A stretch of 64,000 nt of DNA from positions 1,579-65,578 of the forward strand of contig CAYHLX010000003.1 in the NCBI GenBank assembly GCA_964357605.1, in the 5' to 3' direction. Position 1 is the stretch's first letter. Each line of letters begins with the position of its first letter. A model generated the notes under the pieces. It saw only the letters and a program-made list of their open reading frames with translations, had not been told where the DNA came from and did no database searches. The position numbers and the translations under genes are program-made. This stretch comes from an uncultured Candidatus Saccharibacteria bacterium. GTDB lineage: Bacteria > Patescibacteriota > Minisyncoccia > Phycocordibacterales > PALSA-1337. Of this stretch, positions 1 through 8,446 are shown one piece after another.

Positions 1-1
1 T

Positions 2-517
2 CATCACCTGATTGAAGGGAAGGTGGGGTATATGTCTGGTTATCTGGAAGCCTTAAATAAAAAGCCAGCGGCGATTTCGTATTTTACCAGTGACTTTGAC
101 CCAGACAGTGATGATCCATATTTTTATCTCACTAGACGTCCTCATGAGATGGGGGATGAGAAGCACAATTTGGTTTGTGTTGGTGGTCCTGAATTATCTA
201 TTGATGACAGGGAAGAGTATCTTTACGAATATGATTATCCTGAACAGATGCATCAGGACATTGATGTTTTTATTAGAGAAGTGTATTTAACTGATGCTGG
301 TAGAAAAATTGATTACCAATTCACTTGGCATGGTCTCATGGGCTACACTCCGAACCGCGTACGTTTGATAGGGGAGGAGCCTAAAAATAAAACCTTACTG
401 TATAACTTGGGCTGTAATGGTATCGGTATTATTCCTTCTATTTTTGGCGGAAGGAGAATTTCCCGAATCATTGCTGGGGAGAAGTTGAACGCTTCTATCT
501 TTGATCCTCGGAGCTAG
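2..517 (+). CDS. FAD-dependent oxidoreductase (DAO/DadA-like), C-terminal part, truncated at the window edge
   Basis: Frame is open from base 2. C-terminal motifs WHGLMGYTP..LIG and LGCNGIGI are typical of DAO-family oxidoreductases. Confidence 0.7.
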   Translation, partial: HHLIEGKVGYMSGYLEALNKKPAAISYFTSDFDPDSDDPYFYLTRRPHEMGDEKHNLVCVGGPELSIDDREEYLYEYDYPEQMHQDIDVFIREVYLTDAGRKIDYQFTWHGLMGYTPNRVRLIGEEPKNKTLLYNLGCNGIGIIPSIFGGRRISRIIAGEKLNASIFDPRS

Positions 518-559
518 CAAAAAATATAATTTCTGGTAGTATAGTTCTACAGCTGAATT

Positions 560-630
560 GCGGGACTAGTTTATCGGTAAAATAACAGTTTTCCAAACTG
601 TGGTGGGGGGTTCGACTCCCCCGTCCCGCA
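560..630 (+). tRNA. tRNA-Gly (TCC)
   Basis: Cloverleaf: acceptor GCGGGAC/GTCCCGC, anticodon arm ACAGT-TTTCCAA-ACTGT, T arm GGGGG-TTCGACT-CCCCC, discriminator A. CCA is not encoded. Confidence 0.95.
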
Positions 631-631
631 C

Positions 632-1756
632 ATGCAAATAGAATTTAACAAAGTTACGTGGTATTCAAAATGGGGAGCTCTCATACTATTTCTAATCGTT
701 TTACCAGTTCTTACTTTTTATATCGGGAGGGAATATCAAAAGACGGTATATGTCGTAGAGAACAATTCAATTTATATTGCAGAGGAGACATCAGAGGCTG
801 TGGAAGCTTCAGCCGATCCTTTGAATGCGACGTATAGTATAGACGATGAACAAATTACTTTAGTTAATGGAGTGGCTAAGACATCTGGTACTGAAACTAG
901 AATATTTGGTGAACCAGTAAAGGGAGATCTAAATAATGATGGAAAATCCGATTATGTTTTCTTTGTCTCACAAGAGACTAGTGGTACGGGAATATTTTTC
1001 TACGTAGTGGCAGCGATACAGAAAAATGGATCATATCTGGGAACAAAAGCTGTATTTTTGGGGGATCGTATTTCTCCTAATAACATATCTATTTCAAATG
1101 GTGAAGCTGTAGTAAATTATGCAGTTAGAAAAGATACTGATCCTATGACTATGTCGCCATCGATAGGGACGTCTAAATATATTCGTTTGGAAAACGGAAA
1201 TATTATTGAGAGGATGCCTAGATTAGAAGAGATATCAAACCTTGATCCTTTTGATAAGTCTGAGGAGTTGAGTATTTTTATGGAAAATGATTCCAGATCA
1301 AATACAAGTAATGTTGTGGGCTATATAGGTAGAGGAGCATTTTCGCTTAATTTACCGAATTGGTTAGCCGATCATTGGAAGATGAGTACTTCTGATGGTA
1401 ATCATTATGAATTTTATCCTTTTGAAAATGTTAATCGGAGTAGCTTTTCAAACATTTCTGTGAGTCTTACAAGTCTGACAGAAGTCTATAACGCAGATAG
1501 TAGGTATGATTATTCTCTGGAAAATGATAAAAATATCATCTTATCTGAAATCTTTTTTAATTCTAATGGAGATTTGAGAATATATCACACACAGCAAAGA
1601 GAAGGTGGTCTAATTGTCGATAATTTCTATGTCGATGGCAATAGTATGACAGCTAGGGTTCATTTTAGTGCAAAGGAAAGTATGTATTCAGCTGTTGGTC
1701 CGAAGATCAAAGAATTCATGCAGGGTATAGGAAAGGGAGGGACGCCACAGGGGTAG
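632..1756 (+). CDS. Membrane-anchored extracytoplasmic protein of unknown function
   Basis: 374-aa ORF with one N-terminal TM helix and a GDLNNDGKSD Ca-binding-like loop. Confidence 0.75.
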   Translation: MQIEFNKVTWYSKWGALILFLIVLPVLTFYIGREYQKTVYVVENNSIYIAEETSEAVEASADPLNATYSIDDEQITLVNGVAKTSGTETRIFGEPVKGDLNNDGKSDYVFFVSQETSGTGIFFYVVAAIQKNGSYLGTKAVFLGDRISPNNISISNGEAVVNYAVRKDTDPMTMSPSIGTSKYIRLENGNIIERMPRLEEISNLDPFDKSEELSIFMENDSRSNTSNVVGYIGRGAFSLNLPNWLADHWKMSTSDGNHYEFYPFENVNRSSFSNISVSLTSLTEVYNADSRYDYSLENDKNIILSEIFFNSNGDLRIYHTQQREGGLIVDNFYVDGNSMTARVHFSAKESMYSAVGPKIKEFMQGIGKGGTPQG

Positions 1757-1770
1757 AGTTTTACTTGCCC

Positions 1771-1799
1771 TTGTTTGAAATTTTTTCCTATGATATTAT
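1771..1799 (+). promoter_or_regulatory. Sigma70-type promoter for the downstream ncRNA
   Basis: TTGTTT-17-TATTAT with an extended -10 TG. Confidence 0.5.
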
Positions 1800-1814
1800 C
1801 TGTTTGTTGATTTG

Positions 1815-1948
1815 AAAAACTATATTGTTTTGTGGATCTGAAATGCAGAAAGGCTCTACTGCGGAGCGTCTGTAGATTCCGTAGGGAATTCTATGGCGTG
1901 GCGATGGGGTTTGCCGCTCCCCCGGTTCCACAAGAGAGTGTAGTTTTT
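1815..1948 (+). ncRNA. Unnamed structured RNA: long closing stem plus three hairpins
   Basis: Closing stem of about 24 bp (1815-1840/1923-1948) and hairpins at 1844-1874, 1879-1896 and 1898-1917. About 10 G.U pairs on the + strand. Promoter upstream and U-tract at the end. Confidence 0.65.
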
Positions 1949-1977
1949 TATATAGTCATAATTTTTTTCCACTAACT

Positions 1978-2739
1978 CTATTTTTCTATATCCTCCGTTG
2001 ATTGATCCCACATATATGAAAACCAAGTGCGGTAACTTTCTGCTAGGTTTTTGCTGTGGATCACGAATATAACGATATTCTCATTCGTTTTTCCGAGAGC
2101 TACACCAGTATAAGTGACCACATAATCCCCAAAAATATTAATGGCGGAATCGGTAGAATATTTTTCTGGTAAAAAACGATATTTTAATTCACCAGGGAAG
2201 TGGTTAGGGAAATCTGGCATCTTTGTTTTTATGCCATGTTCAAAAAGCTGAATAAATTTTATCTTTTTGCGATTTGCTTCCTTGAAAAAAGTGGTTCTAC
2301 TAGACTCAAGCTTTGGATCGAACCACGATCCTTTTGCTCCGATGAAATAGCTATCTTTGCCGACACGAACGATATCTCTCCAGATATTCTTCTGGCCCTC
2401 AAGTCCTCGGTATATATAGGCTTCTTCAGTGATTAGACTTCCGTGGAACTTTTTTTTAAGGGCTGGCAATATGCCGAGTAAGTGCTCTTGTTTCTCTGCT
2501 AGAAGTTCGGTCAATTTGTCAGGGTCAACAGCGCTATATGTATTCTCCCCAGCAGAGAATGTTTGGAAACATAGACCTTTGTTAATGAGGCGTTGCATGA
2601 CATCATAGGCATTTCTACGGTGGATTTTAGCGTTCACAGATATGTCACTGATCGAGGATTCACCCATCTCGATGAGGGATTCATATATTCTGGCTTCGTT
2701 TGGGCTAAGTCCTAGCTCCTCTAGTATGTGTTGGTTCAT
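1978..2739 (-). CDS. TrmB-family transcriptional regulator (wHTH plus effector domain)
   Basis: N-terminal LGLSPNEARIYESL..HRRNAYDVMQRLINKGL, YRGLEG linker and IFGDYV C-terminal motif. Confidence 0.88.
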   Translation of the reverse strand: MNQHILEELGLSPNEARIYESLIEMGESSISDISVNAKIHRRNAYDVMQRLINKGLCFQTFSAGENTYSAVDPDKLTELLAEKQEHLLGILPALKKKFHGSLITEEAYIYRGLEGQKNIWRDIVRVGKDSYFIGAKGSWFDPKLESSRTTFFKEANRKKIKFIQLFEHGIKTKMPDFPNHFPGELKYRFLPEKYSTDSAINIFGDYVVTYTGVALGKTNENIVIFVIHSKNLAESYRTWFSYMWDQSTEDIEK

Positions 2740-2846
2740 ATATTGGTGGTGGTATCTAGCACCATGAGGTGTTATTTGCCACTCGTGGTCAATAATATAC
2801 TATCCTTGTCAGACGGTCAAACACAAAAAACAACCACACATGTTCT

Positions 2847-3518
2847 ATGAAAAACACACTAAATAGTTATCTACTCACCCTGTTATTGGTGGGGGTAACA
2901 AATACCCAAGCTGCTGATAAAAAGGAAACAACTCCTGATTTTCAGCTTCGTTTACCTGTCCATATTCAGTATGTCGGTTTGTATACTAACCACGTCGGAA
3001 GATTCGGATTAGCTGCTTGGAACATCTTCTCCGACGTGACTCACGAGGATGATCCTACGGCCACTTTCAGTATTCTCGGACCACTCTGGCAATATGACAA
3101 AAAAGGCAGTTGGTTCGAAATAATGGGAGGAGTTAGGAGGGGTGAAGACGGATACGTTGATCCTGCGATAGATATACGTCTCCATGATCGCACATTGTCT
3201 TGGATACATATCACCGCAGAGTTGGCTTATTTCCCTCGAGAGGAGAGACGGAGGCTTTATGGGTATTTGGCCGTGGATACGCCGATACGGCTCGGTACCT
3301 ACCAAATGAGTGTAGGGTTTGAATCAGAGAATATAATTTCCTATTCAGGGAAAGAGGATTCTTTTGGTATCGGCCCCAGGCTGGTGCTACCTATTCCTTG
3401 GATAAAAAAGATCTCTCCCTCGCTGTCTTCTTCGTTTACATTAGCGTATCAACATCGTAATGACAGGGATTTTGTACGTTGTTACCTTGGGTGTATGTAC
3501 GTATTCGGAAAGAAGTGA
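2847..3518 (+). CDS. Secreted beta-strand-rich protein, beta-barrel-like
   Basis: Signal peptide ending TQA-A, amphipathic beta-strand pattern, aromatic C-terminal strand YLGCMYVF. Confidence 0.65.
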   Translation: MKNTLNSYLLTLLLVGVTNTQAADKKETTPDFQLRLPVHIQYVGLYTNHVGRFGLAAWNIFSDVTHEDDPTATFSILGPLWQYDKKGSWFEIMGGVRRGEDGYVDPAIDIRLHDRTLSWIHITAELAYFPREERRRLYGYLAVDTPIRLGTYQMSVGFESENIISYSGKEDSFGIGPRLVLPIPWIKKISPSLSSSFTLAYQHRNDRDFVRCYLGCMYVFGKK

Positions 3519-3539
3519 TGAATGACAGTTCAGTACCAG

Positions 3540-3573
3540 ACCAGCCGCTCAACTCCATTGACGGCTGGTTTTT
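3540..3573 (+). terminator. Intrinsic terminator
   Basis: ACCAGCCG..CGGCTGGT stem followed by TTTT. Confidence 0.6.
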
Positions 3574-3577
3574 ACTT

Positions 3578-4333
3578 CTATCCATGATTCCAGATGTAAT
3601 CAAACATTATTCGGAAGGTTTCAGATATATATTTACTTTCGATCACGATTGTCAGCATCGACTCTTTAAAATTGGTGATTGAGACTTTATCTCCATAAAT
3701 AATTATTTGCGCTGGGATATTTAGCTTATCAGCAGAAACTTTTTTTCTGGTAATTAAATATTTCTCATCATCCTCAATCGGTGTGGCGATTGGTTGTTTT
3801 TCTGTATATGGTGCAATGGCTTTGGTTCTAATATTTTTTGCAACCTGCTTTTCTATTTGTTCTTTTATTAAATGAAGAACTTCCTGTCTGCCTTCATGTA
3901 TTGGAGAACTCATAACCAGAATATCTTGACCGATCTCTAGAATATCTTCATGAACTCTTTCTATTCCCTCTACCCCCTCATAAAATTTTATGTTTGGTCT
4001 ACCGACTAATGAATTGAATTCTGATGATAAGGTACCAAAGATAGTATTGAAATCAGAAAAGGCATGGTTTAAATTTTGTTTCTTGGTCTCAACCATACTT
4101 TTGATATTTCTAGGGTGTTTTGGTAAGAAGAGAGCTATTTTCCCTATATCTTCTCTCTTCTCCACTAGATCCATGTCTATAAGTTGATCAATGATTTTAT
4201 AAGTTAAAGCTCTTCCTATGGAGGTTTTTGAGGCTATAACCTTTGCGGAAGAGAATCCATTACTTAAAAGGAATGTATAAATTTTCGCTTGTTCTGGGCT
4301 TAGTCCACACTCTATTAATATTTTTTCATTCAT
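3578..4333 (-). CDS. TrmB-family transcriptional regulator
   Basis: GLSPEQAKIYTFLL..RALTYKIIDQL wHTH, FYEGVEGI linker, IIIYGDKVSI motif. Confidence 0.88.
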   Translation of the reverse strand: MNEKILIECGLSPEQAKIYTFLLSNGFSSAKVIASKTSIGRALTYKIIDQLIDMDLVEKREDIGKIALFLPKHPRNIKSMVETKKQNLNHAFSDFNTIFGTLSSEFNSLVGRPNIKFYEGVEGIERVHEDILEIGQDILVMSSPIHEGRQEVLHLIKEQIEKQVAKNIRTKAIAPYTEKQPIATPIEDDEKYLITRKKVSADKLNIPAQIIIYGDKVSITNFKESMLTIVIESKYISETFRIMFDYIWNHG

Positions 4334-4432
4334 TTTGTTACAAATCTATGACAATAATAAGCTTATTTCTTAAAGATACTATAGAAATCGTTACAAATCA
4401 AGGATTTATTAGGGTACAAAAGCTATTTATTA

Positions 4433-4460
4433 TTGACAAATCTTTTTACTATGCTATGAT
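4433..4460 (+). promoter_or_regulatory. Sigma70-type promoter of the 4.5-5.7 kb accessory unit
   Basis: TTGACA-16-TATGAT with extended -10 TGc. Confidence 0.65.
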
Positions 4461-4528
4461 TAACAACAGAACGATAGAAACGGGATGCATAAAGCACCGC
4501 TATTGTTGACAGAAAGTCCTTCCTATCT

Positions 4529-4750
4529 ATGAAAATCCTGAATTCCTTCTCGCTCAACATGCTCCAAGACCTCAATGGGGAAGTCACCCACAAAGTGATT
4601 ACCCTCGAAGAGGCCAGGGAGTGGGCCCGGGTCGGTACCCTCGAATCTACTGTCGGTCATGCCGATACGGCGGCGATCTTCGGATCGCAACTCGGGGTTG
4701 AGGTTCCGGCTGTGCGGAGCACTATTTCCTTGGAATTTCCCTCCTCGTGA
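4529..4750 (+). CDS. DUF1874 / STIV B116 / AcrIII-1 (Crn2)-like protein, C-terminally truncated
   Basis: LNSFSLNML, STVGHADTA and LGVEVPAVR match the family motifs NAFSxNML, SxxGHxxT and LG...NR. The C-terminal RLxEG region is absent. Confidence 0.75.
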   Translation: MKILNSFSLNMLQDLNGEVTHKVITLEEAREWARVGTLESTVGHADTAAIFGSQLGVEVPAVRSTISLEFPSS

Positions 4751-5123
4751 CGGAATTGACTACGATCGTGCGAAGGCACTTGCAGAACGGGTTGCGCAAA
4801 AGCACTCCAGATTGCACGCCGCCTATGTGGTCCAGACGTGTAACGCCAAGAAATTGGCTGATATCGAGAAAGTTCGTCGAGACTGGAAACTGCTCTCAAG
4901 AGGCTGTTCGGGATTGGATCCTGAAGCCAAAGCTCTTCTCGAACGGATTCGTTCGGCCTATGAGAAGGCAAAAGTGCTTCGGCATAAACGGGTTACTACT
5001 GAACGCGAAATGAGGCGTGAAGAAGATGCTCGACGACCCAAGTGGGTAGAATCACAACCCAAGAAAGACGATGGGTTTCTGGGAAAAGGTGCTTGGGGAG
5101 CTTTAGATGAACTTAAGTTATAA
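4659..5123 (+). CDS. Hypothetical helical protein overlapping the DUF1874 ORF in the +1 frame; true start unclear
   Basis: Protein-like, charged and helical from about 4735 to GAWGALDELKL. The first 25 codons look like a shadow of the upstream gene. Confidence 0.55.
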   Translation: MPIRRRSSDRNSGLRFRLCGALFPWNFPPRDGIDYDRAKALAERVAQKHSRLHAAYVVQTCNAKKLADIEKVRRDWKLLSRGCSGLDPEAKALLERIRSAYEKAKVLRHKRVTTEREMRREEDARRPKWVESQPKKDDGFLGKGAWGALDELKL

Positions 5124-5268
5124 ACAAATCTAACGTGCTGCTCACGTACACTTTAATCCGGGCGAGTTTTTGCAGAAACTCGTCCACTTCATTGAGCCTA
5201 TTGAGTGAAAGATTCTCATGGGTTCATAGAGTTCAAACTGTTCTGTCAAAATTAATTGGAAACTTAGT

Positions 5269-5562
5269 ATGAAAACACCCACTTCGTTGTTCCATACATA
5301 CCGAATTGCATTTATCCGGGAAAGGGTAAACAGTATCATCGTAATGTATGGTGTGCAGAAAGGACCAGAACTGATAAATCAGGCACTTGCAAATCTTCAA
5401 AAAATTCAATGGGGGAGAGGAGAAAAATTTCCGGCCGAATTGGATGAAGATAGGTGGTGGATGGATCAGTTGCTCGTCGGGGAAGCAGAGGACGTTAGAC
5501 ACTATGGCTGCCTCGCTTCGTCACTGGCTTACCGGTATCTTCGGAAGAAGCGGACACACTGA
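5269..5562 (+). CDS. Hypothetical protein
   Basis: 97-aa ORF with ATG start, co-oriented and flanked by hairpin-rich spacers. Confidence 0.55.
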   Translation: MKTPTSLFHTYRIAFIRERVNSIIVMYGVQKGPELINQALANLQKIQWGRGEKFPAELDEDRWWMDQLLVGEAEDVRHYGCLASSLAYRYLRKKRTH

Positions 5563-5652
5563 CAGCAGGAAAGACTGCCAAAGGATCACTCTAACCTTTG
5601 TATCAGAAGAGTGTAGTTGTCACCGTCCAAAAATGGTGAGATGGCTGCAGGC

Positions 5653-5680
5653 CACCGTACGTAAGTGCGGTTTTTGTTTT
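5653..5680 (+). terminator. Intrinsic terminator
   Basis: ACCGTAC-GTAA-GTGCGGT followed by TTTTGTTTT. Confidence 0.65.
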
Positions 5681-5691
5681 GTTGTAAAAGT

Positions 5692-5747
5692 AAAAAACCA
5701 CCCTACGGTGGTTTTTTACTGCTAAAAATTCGCTCGAGCGAGTTTTT
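5692..5747. terminator. Two tandem bidirectional terminator hairpins downstream of HU
   Basis: AAAAAACCACC-CTAC-GGTGGTTTTTT and AAAAATTCGC-TCGA-GCGAGTTTTT. Confidence 0.65.
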
Positions 5748-5748
5748 G

Positions 5749-6021
5749 CTATTTTACTGCGTCCTTCAAAGCTTTTGCAGCTCTGAATTTTGGAACCTTC
5801 ATCGCTGGCACTTGAATAGCTTCACCAGTACGAGGGTTTCTGGCTTCTCTAGCCGCACGCTGTTTTACAGAGAAGATACCAAGACCCGCGATAGATACCT
5901 CTTCCCCCTTCTTAAGAGAGTTAACGATACCATTGAGCATCGCTTCTACAGCTTGCTCTGCCTGGACCTTTGTACCTCCCAAAACTGCATGGACTGCGTC
6001 TACAATTCCTGCTTTATTCAT
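5749..6021 (-). CDS. hup: DNA-binding protein HU
   Basis: MNK..GLGIFSVKQRAAREARNPRTGE..PKFRAAKALKDAVK. Confidence 0.97.
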   Translation of the reverse strand: MNKAGIVDAVHAVLGGTKVQAEQAVEAMLNGIVNSLKKGEEVSIAGLGIFSVKQRAAREARNPRTGEAIQVPAMKVPKFRAAKALKDAVK

Positions 6022-6110
6022 AGTTGTTGTTATTACTAATAAGCTCTAACCTCGCTATTCATTATATAACAAGCCATTTTTGACGCAATAGGGGTCAAAT
6101 AACAACACAA

Positions 6111-7640
6111 TTACCTAGCAAACTCAATAGCTCGGGTTTCTCTGATGACTGTGACCTTGATTTCACCAGGATATTTCAAATCTTTTTCTATCTTGAGAGC
6201 AATATCACGTGCCATATTGCGGGCTTCAAGGTCTGTCGTCGCTTCTGGAGTGACAAAGATGCGTATTTCACGTCCTGCTTGGAGAGCGTAGGACTTCTCT
6301 ACACCAGGGAAGCCGTTGGCGATAGCTTCGAGATCTCCTAGACGTTTCAAATAGTTTTCTATACTATCCCTTCTTGCTCCAGGTCTGGCACCAGAGATGG
6401 CGTCAGCGGCTTGAACTATACGAGATTCTACCGTCTCATAAGGATATTCCTCATGATGAGCCTGCATAGCTTTGACAATCTCTTCACTAGCACCAAACTT
6501 CTGAAGTATTCTTCGGCCGATTTCTACATGTGTCCCTACCACTTCATGGTCTAGGGCCTTACCGAGGTCGTGGAGTAGGGCACCAGCCTTCGCGACGGCT
6601 ACGTTCGCCCCAATCTCTTCGGCAATCATCCCGGCAATGTGAGACATTTCTATAGAGTGTTGAAGCACATTCTGACCATAGCTGGTACGAAAATGCAATC
6701 TTCCCAAGATGAGGAGGATGCGTGGATCCAGACCGATAACCCCACATTCATAGGCGGCTTGCTCACCTTTTTCTTTGATGGTCTTATTGATACTGGCTTG
6801 GGATTCTTGGACAATCTTTTCTATTTTGGCTGGTTGAATACGTCCATCCTTAATGAGCTCTTCTAGAGCGATCTTGGCAACGTGACGTCTGATCGGATCA
6901 AAAGAGGAGATGGTGATGTTTCCTGGAGTGTCATCCACGATTACTTCAACCCCCGTCATTCTTTCAAAAGCTTTGATATTTCTTCCTTCCTTACCGATAA
7001 TTTTCCCTTTGATCTCATCATTTGGAATGGTGACTGAAGTAGACATGACGTCTGAAGCCACCGAGTTAGCTAATCTTTGGATAGAGATGGCGAGAATACT
7101 CTTGGCTTTTTCCTCGAGTATTTCTTCACCAGATTGCTCCAACTTTTGGATACGGACCATGATATCTTGTTCCGAATTTTTCTCTACTGTCTTCATGAGA
7201 GATTGCTTTGCCTCCTCTGAACTCATTCCGGCAATTTTTTGCAAAGTCTGGTTCCTCTCTGTTTCCAGAGCCTCAGTTTTTTCTCTGATAGTTTTTATCT
7301 CCGCGATCTTTTGCTTGATCAACTCTACTTCCTTATCTATATCTGATTGACGCTTATCTAGAAAATCCTCCTTTTTTATAAGGCGGGTTTCTATTTGTTG
7401 GATTTTACTTTCCTTTTCTTTTATTTCCTGGTGACTCTTTTCGATGAGTTTCTTGCCTTCTGTTTCGGCTTCTTCTAGGACTTTCTTGGCTTCTTCTTTA
7501 GCCGTCAGATCCATCTCTTTGATCTTGAGTTCCATTGACCCTTTCTTTCCGAGGGCAATGATGAGCCTGAGATAGTAGCCGATACCAAGTCCAGCAACTC
7601 CGGCGAGACCTAGGAACAACACAACTAATTTTAATGACAT
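6111..7640 (-). CDS. rny: Ribonuclease Y
   Basis: N-terminal TM, coiled coil, KH domain (KGKIIGKEGRNI), HD domain (LLHDLGK), RPGARR. Confidence 0.97.
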   Translation of the reverse strand: MSLKLVVLFLGLAGVAGLGIGYYLRLIIALGKKGSMELKIKEMDLTAKEEAKKVLEEAETEGKKLIEKSHQEIKEKESKIQQIETRLIKKEDFLDKRQSDIDKEVELIKQKIAEIKTIREKTEALETERNQTLQKIAGMSSEEAKQSLMKTVEKNSEQDIMVRIQKLEQSGEEILEEKAKSILAISIQRLANSVASDVMSTSVTIPNDEIKGKIIGKEGRNIKAFERMTGVEVIVDDTPGNITISSFDPIRRHVAKIALEELIKDGRIQPAKIEKIVQESQASINKTIKEKGEQAAYECGVIGLDPRILLILGRLHFRTSYGQNVLQHSIEMSHIAGMIAEEIGANVAVAKAGALLHDLGKALDHEVVGTHVEIGRRILQKFGASEEIVKAMQAHHEEYPYETVESRIVQAADAISGARPGARRDSIENYLKRLGDLEAIANGFPGVEKSYALQAGREIRIFVTPEATTDLEARNMARDIALKIEKDLKYPGEIKVTVIRETRAIEFAR

Positions 7641-7798
7641 ATGCGAAGGTAAATTCGCCTCTCTAGACTATAAGATTATGATTATCTGTAAACAATAGGA
7701 TTATTCGTTATGATTAACTAAAGTCTTTAAAAAGCAAACCTACGGTAATTAATTCCAGTAATGACCACATCGTATAATACGGATGGCTTTTTGTCCAC

Positions 7799-8368
7799 TT
7801 AAAGAACTTTATCAATGATCCCGTATTTCTTGGCTTCTTCGGCGTCCATAAAGAAGTCTCGATCAACATCTTTCTCAATCTTGGTTAATGGTTGACCAGT
7901 ATTTTTTGCTAGAATCTTGTTCAAACTTTCTCGCATTTTTAAAATGTGTCGAGCACTGATCTCAATATCTGAGGCTTGACCTTCTGCACCTCCTAAGGGT
8001 TGATGAATCATCACCTCAGAATTTGGCAGAGCAAATCTCTTACCCTTTTTTCCAGAGGAAAGAACGAGCGCCCCTCCTGAGGCGGCGATGCCAACACAGA
8101 CAGTGGAGACATCATTTTTAATATGATTCATGGTGTCGACGATGGCCATCGTAGAGGTGACTGAGCCACCAGGGGAGTTGATGTACAAACTGATATCTTT
8201 TTTTGAATCCTCTGATTGGAGGAAAAGTAACTGCGCAATAATGATATTGGCGACGTGGTCATCTATCGGTCCGCCCAAGAAAATAATATTTTCCTTGAGT
8301 AGTCTGGAATAGATGTCGTAAGCTCTTTCCCCAAAATTGGTCTTTTCTATGACGGTTGGTATTAACAT
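7799..8368 (-). CDS. clpP: ATP-dependent Clp protease proteolytic subunit
   Basis: [20 protein letters not shown] (catalytic Ser), MIHQP. Confidence 0.98.
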   Translation of the reverse strand: MLIPTVIEKTNFGERAYDIYSRLLKENIIFLGGPIDDHVANIIIAQLLFLQSEDSKKDISLYINSPGGSVTSTMAIVDTMNHIKNDVSTVCVGIAASGGALVLSSGKKGKRFALPNSEVMIHQPLGGAEGQASDIEISARHILKMRESLNKILAKNTGQPLTKIEKDVDRDFFMDAEEAKKYGIIDKVL

Positions 8369-8446
8369 ATATTTTGAATTATTGATTGTAATGAGGTCAT
8401 CATACCTGATGTTTTACATTTGGCAAATTTGGTATAGACTAGGGAT

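Noticed and set aside
4747-5013. The -1 frame (LLVTEL..RHLQNG) as the missing DUF1874 C-terminus
   Set aside because: The resemblance to the RLxEG region is faint and the rest of that frame is not protein-like.
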